Shown: positions 1 through 9,313 of the stretch, piece after piece | How the letters are laid out: each line of letters opens with the position of its first letter | Position numbering within the stretch: the stretch's first letter is position 1 | From: Polyangiaceae bacterium | GTDB taxonomy: Bacteria > Myxococcota_A > Polyangia > Polyangiales > Polyangiaceae | NCBI GenBank assembly: GCA_044222475.1 | Contig: JBGANF010000058.1 | Span: 1-45,061, forward strand | Length of the DNA stretch: 45,061 nucleotides | Direction: 5' to 3' | Notes under the pieces: model-generated | Databases searched by the model: none | What the model was told of the DNA's origin: nothing | What the model saw: only the letters and a program-made list of their open reading frames with translations | Translations under genes and position numbers: made by a program

Positions 1-269
1 CGGTGAAACGCCGCCCCGACGCTCAACCCGGACGTCGCGAGGATCTTCGTCGACGTGAGGACGACGTGCCCTTTGACGGCGATGTCGGCGATGGGCAGGT
101 TTTCGAGCGCGCCCGGAAAGTCGGATGTCGACCCCGAAGCAGGCGGAGCGTTCTTCTCCGCCGTGCCGCGACACGGGTTCACGGTCTCGGGCGTGGGCGC
201 CTGAATCGGTGCCGCGGGGTGGCAGCTCACGACGAGAGCCAGGAGCGAAGCCGGGAGCACGAACCTCAC
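1..269 (-). CDS. Lipoprotein with POTRA-like domain (partial, runs off the window start)
   Basis: Own translation from GTG at 269, which overlaps the upstream stop as GTGA: MRFVLPASLLALVVSC... (lipobox-like), then LPIADIAVKGHVVLTSTKILATSGLSVGAAF, a POTRA-like pattern. It follows a SurA-like gene. Confidence 0.55.
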   Translation of the reverse strand, partial: MRFVLPASLLALVVSCHPAAPIQAPTPETVNPCRGTAEKNAPPASGSTSDFPGALENLPIADIAVKGHVVLTSTKILATSGLSVGAAFH

Positions 270-922
270 AGGCGAACCTCGACGTAGTGAGCGCGCCGAA
301 GCTCGCCGACCTGCCTCTGGCGGGTCGCCTCGTACGCTTCGTCCACGAGCGACTCTTTCGCTCGATCCTCGGTCGCCTTCGGGTCCTGGGTACGAAGTCT
401 CTTCAGTCGTTCGTCGATCGCGGCCGGCGTGATGCGCGCACGCTCCGCGGCGAACGCGCGCGCGAGCCATTTGAACTCCACGAGTTGGTTCTCGATCATC
501 TTCCGAAAACGCGCTTCGTCGATGCCGAGCTCGCCGATCGAGGCGAGGAACGACACCTTGTTCGGGAAGCCCAGCTCGCGTTGCTTCGTCTCGAACGCCA
601 CGTCGATCTCGTGGTCGGTCACGACCACGAGGTCCCTCTTCGCGGCCTCGGCGACGAGGATCTCGTCGATCATGCGATCGACGGTCGCGCGCATGATCTT
701 CGGCATCGCGGCGGCGAGCGCGGCTTCGCCCTGGTCTCTCCTCGCTTGCGCGAGATCCGGGGCGGCCTGCACGAGCGCGTCGCTCAGCAGGACGGGCTGA
801 TGATCCACGACGGCGACGATGCGATCGACTACGCGCGGCTCGGCCGAGGCGTGACGACCGAGCGTGAGCGCGATCGCCAAGACCGCTCCGAGGGGCCATC
901 GGTTCCGCTGCATGGGCGGCAT
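266..922 (-). CDS. SurA N-terminal domain chaperone-like protein
   Basis: Signal peptide then RVVDRIVAVVDHQPVLLSD, MIDEILVAEAAKR and C-terminal LRRAHYVEVRL, typical of SurA N/C regions without PPIase domains. Start at ATG 922 or 913. Confidence 0.8.
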   Translation of the reverse strand: MPPMQRNRWPLGAVLAIALTLGRHASAEPRVVDRIVAVVDHQPVLLSDALVQAAPDLAQARRDQGEAALAAAMPKIMRATVDRMIDEILVAEAAKRDLVVVTDHEIDVAFETKQRELGFPNKVSFLASIGELGIDEARFRKMIENQLVEFKWLARAFAAERARITPAAIDERLKRLRTQDPKATEDRAKESLVDEAYEATRQRQVGELRRAHYVEVRL

Positions 923-942
923 CGTCGCACGAATCCGCACCC

Positions 943-2334
943 CTAGCGCGGCGTCGCCGTCATCGCGATCCCGTTCTTCGGGCGCAGAGTGACGGACGGA
1001 TCGAGCACCACCTCGAAGTCGGGAGCGACGGAGAAGTCGAAGCGGCGCACCGCCATCGCGAGGACGATCTGCATCTCCATCAGCGCGAACATGTTCCCGA
1101 TGCACGTGCGCGGCCCGCCCCCGAACGGGAGGTACGCGTGCTTGTTGCGCTCCTTCACCTTCGCTTTGTCGAAGCGCGTGGGGTCGAAGCGCAGCGGATC
1201 GGGGAAGAGCTCCGGGCGGCGGTGGAGGACGTAGGGCGAGACGCCGACGATGGTGCCCTTCGGTACGTGATAGCCGGCGATCACGTCGTCCTGGAGGGCT
1301 TGGCGCTCGAAAGCCCAGACCGGCGGGTACAAGCGCATCGACTCCTCGACCACTTGTTGCGTGTACGCGAGCCGCGGGATGTCGGCGAGCGTCGGCGCGC
1401 GATCACCGAGCACGGTCTCGACTTCGCGTCGCAGCTCGGCGACGACGTCGGGGTTCTGGGCGAGCAGCCAGAACGCGAACGACAGCGCGTTCGCCGTCGT
1501 CTCGTGGCCGGCGAGGATCAGGGTGAGCAGCTCGTGCTTGAGCTGCTCGTCGCTCATCCCGGCGCCGGTGTCCTGGTCGCGCGCTTCGAGGAGCATCGTG
1601 AGGAGATCGCCCGGGACGCTCTCGCCGCGCTCCATCTCCGCTCGGCGCTCGGTCGCGGCGCGGAGGACGAGGCTGTCGAGGGTGCGCTTCGCTCGGTTGA
1701 ACCGCACGTTCTTCGGCGTCGGGATCCACGGCGGGATGCGCACGATGCTCTCGACGTACTCGTTCGCCCAGTGGAGCGAGACGTCGAGGGCTTCACCCAC
1801 CGCCTTGGCATCGCCGTCGAGGTCCATCGAGAGCAGCGTCTTGCCGACGATGCGGAAGGTGAGGCGCATCATCTCCCGGTGGATGTCCATCGTACCAACT
1901 TGGGACGATTGCCAGCGCGAGAGCACGTCGTCGGTGCAGTCGGACATGGTGGAGACGAACCCCGCGAGGCGCTCGCGGTGGAACGCCGGCTGTGCGAGCT
2001 TGCGCTGGCGCTTCCAGAAGTCGCCCTCGCTGGTGAGGAGCCCCTCGCCGAGGAGGATCTTGAGCCCCTGGTAGTTCTGGCTCTTCACGTAGTTCTTGTG
2101 GTTCTCGACGAGCACGTGGTGCGCGGCGGCGGGGTCGGCGACGACCACGTAGCGCAGCCATCCGAAGCGGTACTGCGCGACGGGGCCGAAGTCGCGGCAG
2201 CCGTCGCTCATCAGCGCGAGCGGGTCTTTCCACGCTTCGAGCAGGTTGCCCCACGCGAGGCGACCGGCGGGGCCGGGCGGGCGGTTCGCGGCGGACGATG
2301 CGATGGCGTGGCTCGGGGCAGGCGCGATTTGCAT
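943..2334 (-). CDS. Cytochrome P450
   Basis: AGHETT I-helix, EESMRLYPP (ExxR), FDPTRF and heme ligand motif FGGGPRTCIG. Start ATG 2334. Confidence 0.97.
   Translation of the reverse strand: MQIAPAPSHAIASSAANRPPGPAGRLAWGNLLEAWKDPLALMSDGCRDFGPVAQYRFGWLRYVVVADPAAAHHVLVENHKNYVKSQNYQGLKILLGEGLLTSEGDFWKRQRKLAQPAFHRERLAGFVSTMSDCTDDVLSRWQSSQVGTMDIHREMMRLTFRIVGKTLLSMDLDGDAKAVGEALDVSLHWANEYVESIVRIPPWIPTPKNVRFNRAKRTLDSLVLRAATERRAEMERGESVPGDLLTMLLEARDQDTGAGMSDEQLKHELLTLILAGHETTANALSFAFWLLAQNPDVVAELRREVETVLGDRAPTLADIPRLAYTQQVVEESMRLYPPVWAFERQALQDDVIAGYHVPKGTIVGVSPYVLHRRPELFPDPLRFDPTRFDKAKVKERNKHAYLPFGGGPRTCIGNMFALMEMQIVLAMAVRRFDFSVAPDFEVVLDPSVTLRPKNGIAMTATPR
1892..1906. repeat. Dispersed 15-bp palindrome copy 1 (GTACCAACTTGGGAC), inside P450
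   Basis: Exact match to RTMCCANNNTGGKAY. Encodes SSQVGT with CAA GTT GGT codons. Confidence 0.8.
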
Positions 2335-2357
2335 GAAGGCTCCCTGGAGAAGAAGGC

Positions 2358-2408
2358 AACATGAGGCTCCCCTCACGTTTTGATAGAATGTGAGGAACCC
2401 CTCGCGTT
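2358..2408. promoter_or_regulatory. Two tandem inverted-repeat operators (putative TetR sites) between P450 and tetR
   Basis: aacaTGAGGctccCCTCAcgtt (2358-2379) and aatgTGAGGaaccCCTCGcgtt (2387-2408), 29 bp apart. TTGACA on the minus strand at 2409-2414. Confidence 0.65.
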
Positions 2409-2464
2409 TGTCAACCGTCGCCGAACGAAAGATGATTAGCTGGCTAACGATCGGGTGGAGCTGA

Positions 2465-3142
2465 ATGGGCGTGCGGAAGAAACCCAACAAGATCAAGGCG
2501 AAGCGAGCACCCGCAACCCCGCGAATCGGGCGGCGCGTGCCCGCCCAGGAGCGCAGCCGCGCGCGCGTCGAGCGGATCCTCGACGCCGCGACCCACGTCT
2601 TCGCCGAGGTCGGCTACGAGGCCGCGACCACCGAAGGCATCGCCGCGCGCGCCGGCACGTCGATCGGGAGCCTCTATCAGTTCTTCCCGAACAAGAAGGC
2701 GCTCTTCGATGCCATCGGCAAGACGTACCTCGCGCAGACGCAAGAGCTCTTCGAGGATCTCATGTCGCGTCCGCTCGATCGCCCGTGGACCGCGATCGTC
2801 GACGACGCGATCGACGCGTTCTGGGATCTCGATCGCAAGAGCCTCGCCTTCCGCGCGGTGTGGACGAACATGCTCCAGTCGGGCGAGTTCTTCGCGCGCG
2901 GCGAAGCGATGAACGTGACGATGGCAGCCCGCACGGCCGAGGTGCTCTCCTTCTTCGCGCCGAAGCTTCCGCGAGAGAAGGTCGAGCTCGCCGCGACGGT
3001 GATCGTGGAAGCGATGTCGGCGATGTTGTTCCTGGCGCTGCGGCGGAAAGAGCCACTCGCGAGCCAGATCGTCGAAGAGACCAAGGTGCTGGTGAAGCGC
3101 TACCTCGAGCCGTACGCACGCCTCGGAGAGGCTCCGGCCTAG
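2465..3142 (+). CDS. TetR/AcrR family transcriptional regulator
   Basis: QERSRARVERILDAATHVFAEVGYEAATTEGIAARAGTSIGSLYQFFPNK HTH. Divergent from P450. Confidence 0.95.
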   Translation: MGVRKKPNKIKAKRAPATPRIGRRVPAQERSRARVERILDAATHVFAEVGYEAATTEGIAARAGTSIGSLYQFFPNKKALFDAIGKTYLAQTQELFEDLMSRPLDRPWTAIVDDAIDAFWDLDRKSLAFRAVWTNMLQSGEFFARGEAMNVTMAARTAEVLSFFAPKLPREKVELAATVIVEAMSAMLFLALRRKEPLASQIVEETKVLVKRYLEPYARLGEAPA

Positions 3143-3149
3143 AAGCGAA

Positions 3150-3473
3150 TCAGGGCTTCTTCGCGCCGGCGTCGGCCGCCGCGGGCGGCTTCGGCGCAGC
3201 GGACGCGGACGCGGACGGCGTCGTCGCGGGCTTCTTGCCAGCATCGCCAGCGCCCGCATCGACAGCGGCCGGAGCCGCGGTCGCAGTCGCGGTCGCAGTC
3301 GCCGTCGCAGTCGCGGTCGCGGTCGCCGTCGCAGTCGCCGTCGGCGCCATCGAGATGGAGTCCGCGGGCGGAGGAGGCGGCGGCATCGGCGGCGCAGGCG
3401 GCGGCTGGTCGTTGCCACCACACGCGAGCACGAAGAGGGGAGCGAAGGCGACCAGGCGGAGCACGTTGCGCAT
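3150..3473 (-). CDS. Small low-complexity lipoprotein (Pro/Ala-Thr rich)
   Basis: MRNVLRLVAFAPLFVLAC lipobox, poly-Pro and (AT)n tract. Confidence 0.7.
   Translation of the reverse strand: MRNVLRLVAFAPLFVLACGGNDQPPPAPPMPPPPPPADSISMAPTATATATATATATATATATATAAPAAVDAGAGDAGKKPATTPSASASAAPKPPAAADAGAKKP
3280..3339. repeat. Hexanucleotide tandem repeat (GTCGCN)x10 encoding Ala-Thr
   Basis: Ten consecutive GTCGC[A/G/C] units read directly. Confidence 0.9.
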
Positions 3474-3569
3474 GGGCGCATGCATACACGCGACGACATG
3501 CCCCGGGCAACGGTTGCGTGAGGCTGCCCCCCATGGACAAGCGGAACACCACGACTCGATTGCCGAAAG

Positions 3570-3644
3570 CTGTGCCACTTGGCGCGGCACAGTCCGTCCT
3601 AAGTCCATGAAATTACGCCCCTGCACCGTGGCATGGCACGTGCT
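3570..3644 (+). promoter_or_regulatory. Putative sigma-54 promoter with upstream palindrome and IHF-like site
   Basis: TGGCATGGCACGTGCT (3629-3644; GG-N10-GC), CTGTGCC-N9-GGCACAG (3570-3592) and IHF-like TAAGTCCATGAAA (3600-3612). Confidence 0.5.
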
Positions 3645-3656
3645 CTACTCGAGGGG

Positions 3657-4988
3657 ATGCGCCACCTTCTCCTTGCCGCCCTCGCCGTCGGTGTTGCCTC
3701 CGCCAGCCTCTTGGACGCCCGCGAAGCCTCAGCCTGCGGTGGGTGTTTCGCCCCGCCCGACAACCCGTCGGTCGTCACGGACCACCGCATGATCCTCTCC
3801 ATCTCGAAGGATCAGACCACCCTCTACGATCAGATTCGCTACCAGGGCGATCCGGCGTCGTTCGCATGGGTCCTCCCCATTCGCGGGACGGTGACCGTCG
3901 GCCTCAGCGCAGACGTCGTGTTCGGCACGCTCGACCAGCTGACCCGGACTCAGGTCCAGGCGCCGCCGCGCAGCTGCCCGCCGCTCAACTGCCGCGGCAA
4001 CAACTTCGGATCCTCGGCGCCGACCGACTCCGCCGCCGACGCCGGCACCGGCGTCACGATCAACAAGCAAGAGGTGGTCGGCCCGTACGAGACCGTGCAG
4101 CTCAGCGCCACCGATCCGGCCGCGCTCAAGACGTGGCTCGCGACGAACGGTTTCAACCTCCCCGCGGACGTCGAGCCGGTGGTCGCGCAGTACGTGAACG
4201 AGAAGTTCGACTTCCTCGCGCTCAAGCTGCTCCCCGGCAAAGGCGTGAGCTCGATGCGCCCCGTGCGCATCACGACGGCGGGCGCCGCCGCCGCGCTTCC
4301 GCTCCGCATGGTCGCGGCCGGCACCGGCGCCACCGTGGGCATCTCGCTCTGGATCGTCGCTGAAGGTCGCTACGAGCCGCAGAACTTTCCGAGCTTCCGC
4401 ATTCAGGACAGCGAGCTCGTCTACGACTGGGCGACGCAACGAAGCAACTACGCCGAGCTCCGCGCAGCGAAGACCGCAGCGTCGCAAGGCCGCGCGTGGG
4501 AGATGGAGAGCTCGCTCCAGCTCAGCGAGTACACGATCAAGAACTACATCGAGAACGGCGGCTACGTGTACAACAACGGCCAGCCGAACAAGGACTACCT
4601 CCCCGTCGAAGGCCCCAACCCGAAGACGGCGGACCAGGTCAGGACCGAGGACCTCGACACTCTGTTCCACGGCATCAACCCGGCCGACTTCCGCGTGACG
4701 CGCATGCGCGCGGACCTCGCGCACGCGGCCCTCGCCGAGGACATCGCCTTCGTCGCGCCGACGGATCAGTCGATCCTCACGAACTTCCGCCAAGCCGCGA
4801 AGGCCACGAACGAGCCGGCCTGCCCGACCTGCGGTCCCGGCCAGGACGCGAACGGCAACCCCGTCGGCTACGGCCTCTGCAGCACGGGTGGCACGAGCTT
4901 CAGCCAGAACGAGGTCGGCTTCGGCGCGATCGCGATGCTCGGCTTCGTCGGGTTCGCGTTCGCCCGCCGCCGTCGCGCGCGCTCCTGA
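3657..4988 (+). CDS. DUF2330 domain protein with MYXO-CTERM-like C-terminal anchor
   Basis: Signal peptide, ACGGCF, DQIRYQGDPASFAWVLPI, VVGPYE, WLATNGF, FLALKL, LPLRMVAAG. C-terminus is GLC followed by a TM helix and RRRR. Confidence 0.85.
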   Translation: MRHLLLAALAVGVASASLLDAREASACGGCFAPPDNPSVVTDHRMILSISKDQTTLYDQIRYQGDPASFAWVLPIRGTVTVGLSADVVFGTLDQLTRTQVQAPPRSCPPLNCRGNNFGSSAPTDSAADAGTGVTINKQEVVGPYETVQLSATDPAALKTWLATNGFNLPADVEPVVAQYVNEKFDFLALKLLPGKGVSSMRPVRITTAGAAAALPLRMVAAGTGATVGISLWIVAEGRYEPQNFPSFRIQDSELVYDWATQRSNYAELRAAKTAASQGRAWEMESSLQLSEYTIKNYIENGGYVYNNGQPNKDYLPVEGPNPKTADQVRTEDLDTLFHGINPADFRVTRMRADLAHAALAEDIAFVAPTDQSILTNFRQAAKATNEPACPTCGPGQDANGNPVGYGLCSTGGTSFSQNEVGFGAIAMLGFVGFAFARRRRARS

Positions 4989-5016
4989 GTCGCTCGAACT
5001 CTGGTAGACGGGAGGC

Positions 5017-5628
5017 ATGATTGGTCGCCTCCGCGGTCGGGTGCTCACCGACGACGTCGACTCCGTCGTCCTCGACGTGAACGGCGTGGGCTACGAGCTG
5101 AGCGTTCCTCTCGGCACGATCGGCCGCGCCTCGCCCACGGAGGGCGGCGAGGTCGTCCTCTTCGTCCACACGCACGTGCGCGAGGATCAGCTCGCGCTCT
5201 ACGGCTTCGCGACCGAGGCCGATCGCGCCGCGTTTCGGGTTCTGCTCAGCGTCTCGAGCGTCGGTCCAAAGACCGCCCTCGCGGTCACGAGCGCGCTCCC
5301 AGCGGACGATCTCGCCCGCGCGATCGCCGCGAAGGACGTGACCAAGCTCACGTCCATCCCGGGCATCGGAAAGAAGACCGCCGAGCGGCTCGTCCTCGAG
5401 CTGCGCGACAAGCTCCACCCCGCGTCGCCCCTCGCGGCGCGCCCTCACGCACCGTCGGCGACCAAGCCGGAGGCAGCGGCGCCGTCGGACCTCCTCCTCT
5501 CGGCGCTGGTTCGCATGGGCTACAAGGCGCAAGAAGCCGAGCGCGCCGTGTCCCAACTTGGGACGGCAGCGAGCGAGAAGCCGCTCGCTGAAGCCCTCCG
5601 CGAGGCGCTGGCGCTCCTGGCGAAATAG
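5017..5628 (+). CDS. ruvA: Holliday junction branch migration protein RuvA
   Basis: MIGRLRG, VNGVGYE, HVREDQLALYGF, VSSVGPKTAL, IPGIGKKTAERLVLEL, ALVRMGY. GGAGG RBS. Confidence 0.97.
   Translation: MIGRLRGRVLTDDVDSVVLDVNGVGYELSVPLGTIGRASPTEGGEVVLFVHTHVREDQLALYGFATEADRAAFRVLLSVSSVGPKTALAVTSALPADDLARAIAAKDVTKLTSIPGIGKKTAERLVLELRDKLHPASPLAARPHAPSATKPEAAAPSDLLLSALVRMGYKAQEAERAVSQLGTAASEKPLAEALREALALLAK
5550..5564. repeat. Dispersed 15-bp palindrome copy 2 (GTCCCAACTTGGGAC, perfect), inside ruvA
   Basis: Perfect palindrome around the central base. Encodes VSQLGT with CAA CTT codons. Confidence 0.85.
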
Positions 5629-5635
5629 CTTCGCG

Positions 5636-6733
5636 CTATTGCAAATAGAGCTTGAAGTCGGGGCCCCACGAGTTCGAGGCGGTCGGGAAGATGTCGGTGT
5701 TGGCCGTGCTCGTCGACCAGCACGAGTTGACCGTGATGTTGCCGATGGGGCCCGCCACGGTGAACGGATAGCTGGGGCTGTCCTTCCGCGGGAACACCGT
5801 GTTCGCGTTCGACATGAAAATGCCGATCAGGTAAGGCTTGTTCGCGAGCAGGGGGTAGTTGATCGTCGACTTGTAGTAGGCCTGCACGCTCCCGCCGGTG
5901 ACCGTGGTGCCGGTCGCCAGCTTGGCTTGCGTGCCCGGGTCCCAGATCTCGGCGCGGATGGAGTCGACGGTGGCGAGGTTGGCCCTCCACTCGAGGGACA
6001 CCAGCGTCTGCGCCTGAGCGAACGTCAGGTTGTAGTAGCGCGCGCTCCACACGCTGCTGGCACCCGGATCCTGCAGGCTGCCGGTCGGCGGGAAGATCTG
6101 GACGCCAGTGCTGACCGGCACCTGGCAGGTGCTGTTGATGCACACCTTGCCGCCGGTGCACGGCGCGTTGCACGCACCGCAGTGGTTGCTGTTCGTCTTC
6201 GTGTCGATGCAGGTGAGCCCGGCGTCGGGGACGGCGCACTTCACGCCGGCGTCGGTGCAATCGAGATCGCACGAGCCGGCGTCGCAGTACTGGGCCGACG
6301 GGCACGCCGAGTTGCACGCGCCGCAGTGGGCGGCGTTCGTCTTGGTGTCGATGCAGGTCTCGATGCCGGCGTCCGGGCCGGAGTCACCGACGAGGCAGCG
6401 CGTCTGTGGCGCGCACGCGAGGTGACACTCGCCCTGCTCGCAGGCCTTGCCGTTGGCGCACACCGTCGCGCACTGGCCGCAGTTCTGCGGATCGGTCTGG
6501 AGGTTCTTGCAGTTCGGCCCGCACTTCGTCTCGCCGGCGTTGCAGCCGGCGTCCGTCTTGGGAGCGTCGGGTCCACCGCTGTCTTTCGTGGTGCCGGTGT
6601 CCGGGTCGACCGATGCGTCGAGATCGAGCGTCGTGCCCGAGGTCGCGCAGGCTGCGATGACGCCGCCCGTACCGAAGATGCCAGCGACCATCACGATCGC
6701 GAGACGCCGACTGTTCATGGGGTTCTTCTTCAT
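5636..6733 (-). CDS. Cys-rich repeat lipoprotein with C-terminal DUF4082-like beta-sandwich (paralog A)
   Basis: IAAC lipobox, repeated C-x-D-x3-[D/N]-x2-[N/H]CGxC units, C-terminal domain ending FPTASNSWGPDF. Start ATG 6733 (ATGA overlap) or 6718. Confidence 0.8.
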   Translation of the reverse strand: MKKNPMNSRRLAIVMVAGIFGTGGVIAACATSGTTLDLDASVDPDTGTTKDSGGPDAPKTDAGCNAGETKCGPNCKNLQTDPQNCGQCATVCANGKACEQGECHLACAPQTRCLVGDSGPDAGIETCIDTKTNAAHCGACNSACPSAQYCDAGSCDLDCTDAGVKCAVPDAGLTCIDTKTNSNHCGACNAPCTGGKVCINSTCQVPVSTGVQIFPPTGSLQDPGASSVWSARYYNLTFAQAQTLVSLEWRANLATVDSIRAEIWDPGTQAKLATGTTVTGGSVQAYYKSTINYPLLANKPYLIGIFMSNANTVFPRKDSPSYPFTVAGPIGNITVNSCWSTSTANTDIFPTASNSWGPDFKLYLQ

Positions 6734-7809
6734 TGGAGGTAGATCTTGAAGTCCGGCGCCCAGTAGTTGGTCGAGACCGGGAAGATGTCGGTGTTGTTCG
6801 TGTTCGTCGACCAACACGCCGAGACCGAGATGTTTCCGAGTGGTCCGGCGACGTTGAACGGATAGCTCGGGCTGTCTTTGCGGGGGAAGACGGACCCGGA
6901 GTTCGAGAGGAAGAAGCCGATGATGTACGGCTTGGCCGCGACGATCGGGAAGTTGAGCGTCGACTTGTAGTAGGCCTGCACGTTCCCGCCGTTCACGGTG
7001 GTCCCGGTCGCGAGCTTGGTCTGGTTGCCCGGATCCCAGATCTCGGCGCGCATGGAGTCCACCGAGGCCATGTTGATGCGCCACTCGAGCGCGACGAGGG
7101 TCTGCGCTTGGGCGAACGTCATCGTGTAGTAGCGCGCGCTCCACCCGCTCGCGTTGCCCGGATCGTAGAGGGTGCCGTTCGACGGGAAGATCTGGACGCC
7201 GGTGCTGACCGGCACCTGGCAGGTGCTGTTGATGCACACCTTGCCGCCGGTGCACGGGGCGTTGCATGCGCCGCAGTGGTTGGTGTTGGTCTTCGTGTCG
7301 ATGCAGGTGAGCCCGGCGTCGGGGACGACGCACTTCACGCCGGCGTCGGTGCAATCGAGATCGCACGAGCCCGCGTCGCAGTACTGGGCCGACGGGCACG
7401 CCGAGTTGCACGCGCCGCAGTGGGCGGCGTTCGTCTTGGTGTCGATGCAGGTCTCGATGCCGGCGTCCGGGCCGGAGTCACCGACGAGGCAGCGCGTCTG
7501 CGGGGCGCACGCGAGGTGACAGTCACCCTGCTCGCACGTCTTGCCGTTTCCGCAGACGGTCGCGCACTGACCGCAGTTCTGCGGATCGGTCTGGAGGTTC
7601 TTGCAGTTCGGCCCGCACTTCGTCTCGCCGGCGTTGCATCCGGCGTCCGTCTTCGGGGCGTCCGCGGTGTTCCCGTCCGTCGTTCCGGTATCCGGGCCGG
7701 TCGACGCGTCGAGGTCGAGCAGCGTCGTCGACGTCGCGCAGGCGGCGAGGACTCCGCCCATACCCATGATCCCCGCGACCATCCCGATCGCCAAGCGCCG
7801 ACTGTTCAT
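6730..7809 (-). CDS. Cys-rich repeat lipoprotein with C-terminal DUF4082-like domain (paralog B)
   Basis: LAAC lipobox. The Cys-rich core is almost identical to 5636..6733. Ends FPVSTNYWAPDFKIYLQ. Confidence 0.8.
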   Translation of the reverse strand: MNSRRLAIGMVAGIMGMGGVLAACATSTTLLDLDASTGPDTGTTDGNTADAPKTDAGCNAGETKCGPNCKNLQTDPQNCGQCATVCGNGKTCEQGDCHLACAPQTRCLVGDSGPDAGIETCIDTKTNAAHCGACNSACPSAQYCDAGSCDLDCTDAGVKCVVPDAGLTCIDTKTNTNHCGACNAPCTGGKVCINSTCQVPVSTGVQIFPSNGTLYDPGNASGWSARYYTMTFAQAQTLVALEWRINMASVDSMRAEIWDPGNQTKLATGTTVNGGNVQAYYKSTLNFPIVAAKPYIIGFFLSNSGSVFPRKDSPSYPFNVAGPLGNISVSACWSTNTNNTDIFPVSTNYWAPDFKIYLQ

Positions 7810-7870
7810 GGCCCTACTCCCAACCTCCAGCATGCCACAGTCCCAGCCGATCGGTGTAAGCTCTCGCGCG

Positions 7871-9259
7871 ATGGAACGAGTGATCGAGTACATCGACGCT
7901 GGGAGAGAACGCTTCGTCTCCGAGCTCGCGGCCTGGGTTCGAATTCCTGCCATTTCGTCGGATCCGACGCGAGCGGCAGACCTCGTGCGAAACGCGGAGT
8001 GGCTTGCGACCGATCTGCGGAAGCTAGGCGCCGACCGCGTCGACATCTGGCCCACCAAAGGTCATCCCGCCGTGTTCGCCTCGTTCATGCACGCCCCCGG
8101 AAAGCCGACGCTGCTCGTGTACGGCCACCACGACGTGCAACCCGTCGACCCGCTCGGCGAGTGGCTGTCGCCGCCGTTCGAGCCCTCCATCCGCGAAGGG
8201 CGCATGTGGGGTCGTGGCGTCGTCGACGACAAAGGCCAGGTCCACATCCACGCCAAGGCGATCGAGGCGTTCGTCCGCACGGTCGGCAAGCTCCCGATCA
8301 ACTTGAAGATGATCGTCGAGGGCGAAGAGGAGATTGGCAGCGTCAACCTCGATGAGCTCATGCGCGAGAAGAAGCACGACCTCGAGGCCGACTACGTCTG
8401 CGTGAGCGACACCGCGATGTTCGGTCGAGGGATCCCCTCACTCTGCGTGGGCCTGCGCGGCCTCATGTACCTCGAGGTCACCGTCTCCGCCGGGTCGAGC
8501 GATCTCCACTCGGGCTCGTTCGGCGGCGGCGTCGCGAACCCGGTCAACGCGCTCGCGCGGATGATCGCGAAGCTCCACGACGACGACGGCCGGGTCACCG
8601 TGCCGGGGTTCTACGACGCGGTCGTCGAGCTCACACCGAAGGAGCGCGCCGAGATCCAGTCGCTCCCGTTCGACGAAGCCGAGTGGCTCCGCTCGACCGG
8701 CGCCCCCGCGGTCACCGGTGAGAAGGGGTACTCCACCCTCGAGCGGATCTGGGCGCGGCCCACGCTCGACTGCAACGGAATCGGCGGCGGCTTCCAAGGC
8801 GAGGGCGCGAAGACGATCATCCCGTCGCGCGTGACCGCGAAGATCTCGTGCCGCCTCGTTCCTCACCAGGAGCCGGACGACATCGCGGCGAAGCTCGCGA
8901 AGTACCTCGAGACGCTCGCTCCCCCGAGCGTGCGCGTCTCCGTTCGGGTGCTGCACGGAGGTCGCCCGTACCTCGCGCCCACGGATCACCCGGTGTTCGA
9001 GGTCGCGAAACGCGCGTTCAGTCGAGCGTTCGGCAAACCGACGGTCTTCATCCGCGAAGGCGGCTCGATCCCCTTCGTGCGGACCATCGCCGACGTCACC
9101 GGCAAGCCCTGCCTGCTCATGGGGTTCGGGCAACCGGACGAAAACGCTCACGCCCCGAACGAATGGCTCGATCTCGAGAACTACCACCTCGGGATCAAGA
9201 GCGCTGCCTACCTGTACGAGGAGCTGGGCAGACAGGCGAACTTGGCGCCAAGGCCTTGA
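7871..9259 (+). CDS. M20 family dipeptidase (ArgE/DapE/CNDP-like)
   Basis: YGHHDVQP, GRGVVDDKGQ, EGEEEIGS, DLHSG, GGSIP, HAPNE motifs. Confidence 0.95.
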   Translation: MERVIEYIDAGRERFVSELAAWVRIPAISSDPTRAADLVRNAEWLATDLRKLGADRVDIWPTKGHPAVFASFMHAPGKPTLLVYGHHDVQPVDPLGEWLSPPFEPSIREGRMWGRGVVDDKGQVHIHAKAIEAFVRTVGKLPINLKMIVEGEEEIGSVNLDELMREKKHDLEADYVCVSDTAMFGRGIPSLCVGLRGLMYLEVTVSAGSSDLHSGSFGGGVANPVNALARMIAKLHDDDGRVTVPGFYDAVVELTPKERAEIQSLPFDEAEWLRSTGAPAVTGEKGYSTLERIWARPTLDCNGIGGGFQGEGAKTIIPSRVTAKISCRLVPHQEPDDIAAKLAKYLETLAPPSVRVSVRVLHGGRPYLAPTDHPVFEVAKRAFSRAFGKPTVFIREGGSIPFVRTIADVTGKPCLLMGFGQPDENAHAPNEWLDLENYHLGIKSAAYLYEELGRQANLAPRP

Positions 9260-9313
9260 TGCTCGGTGCACGAAGTTCGCACCGCGCGGAGATTGGGCTA
9301 ACCTTCGATCACG

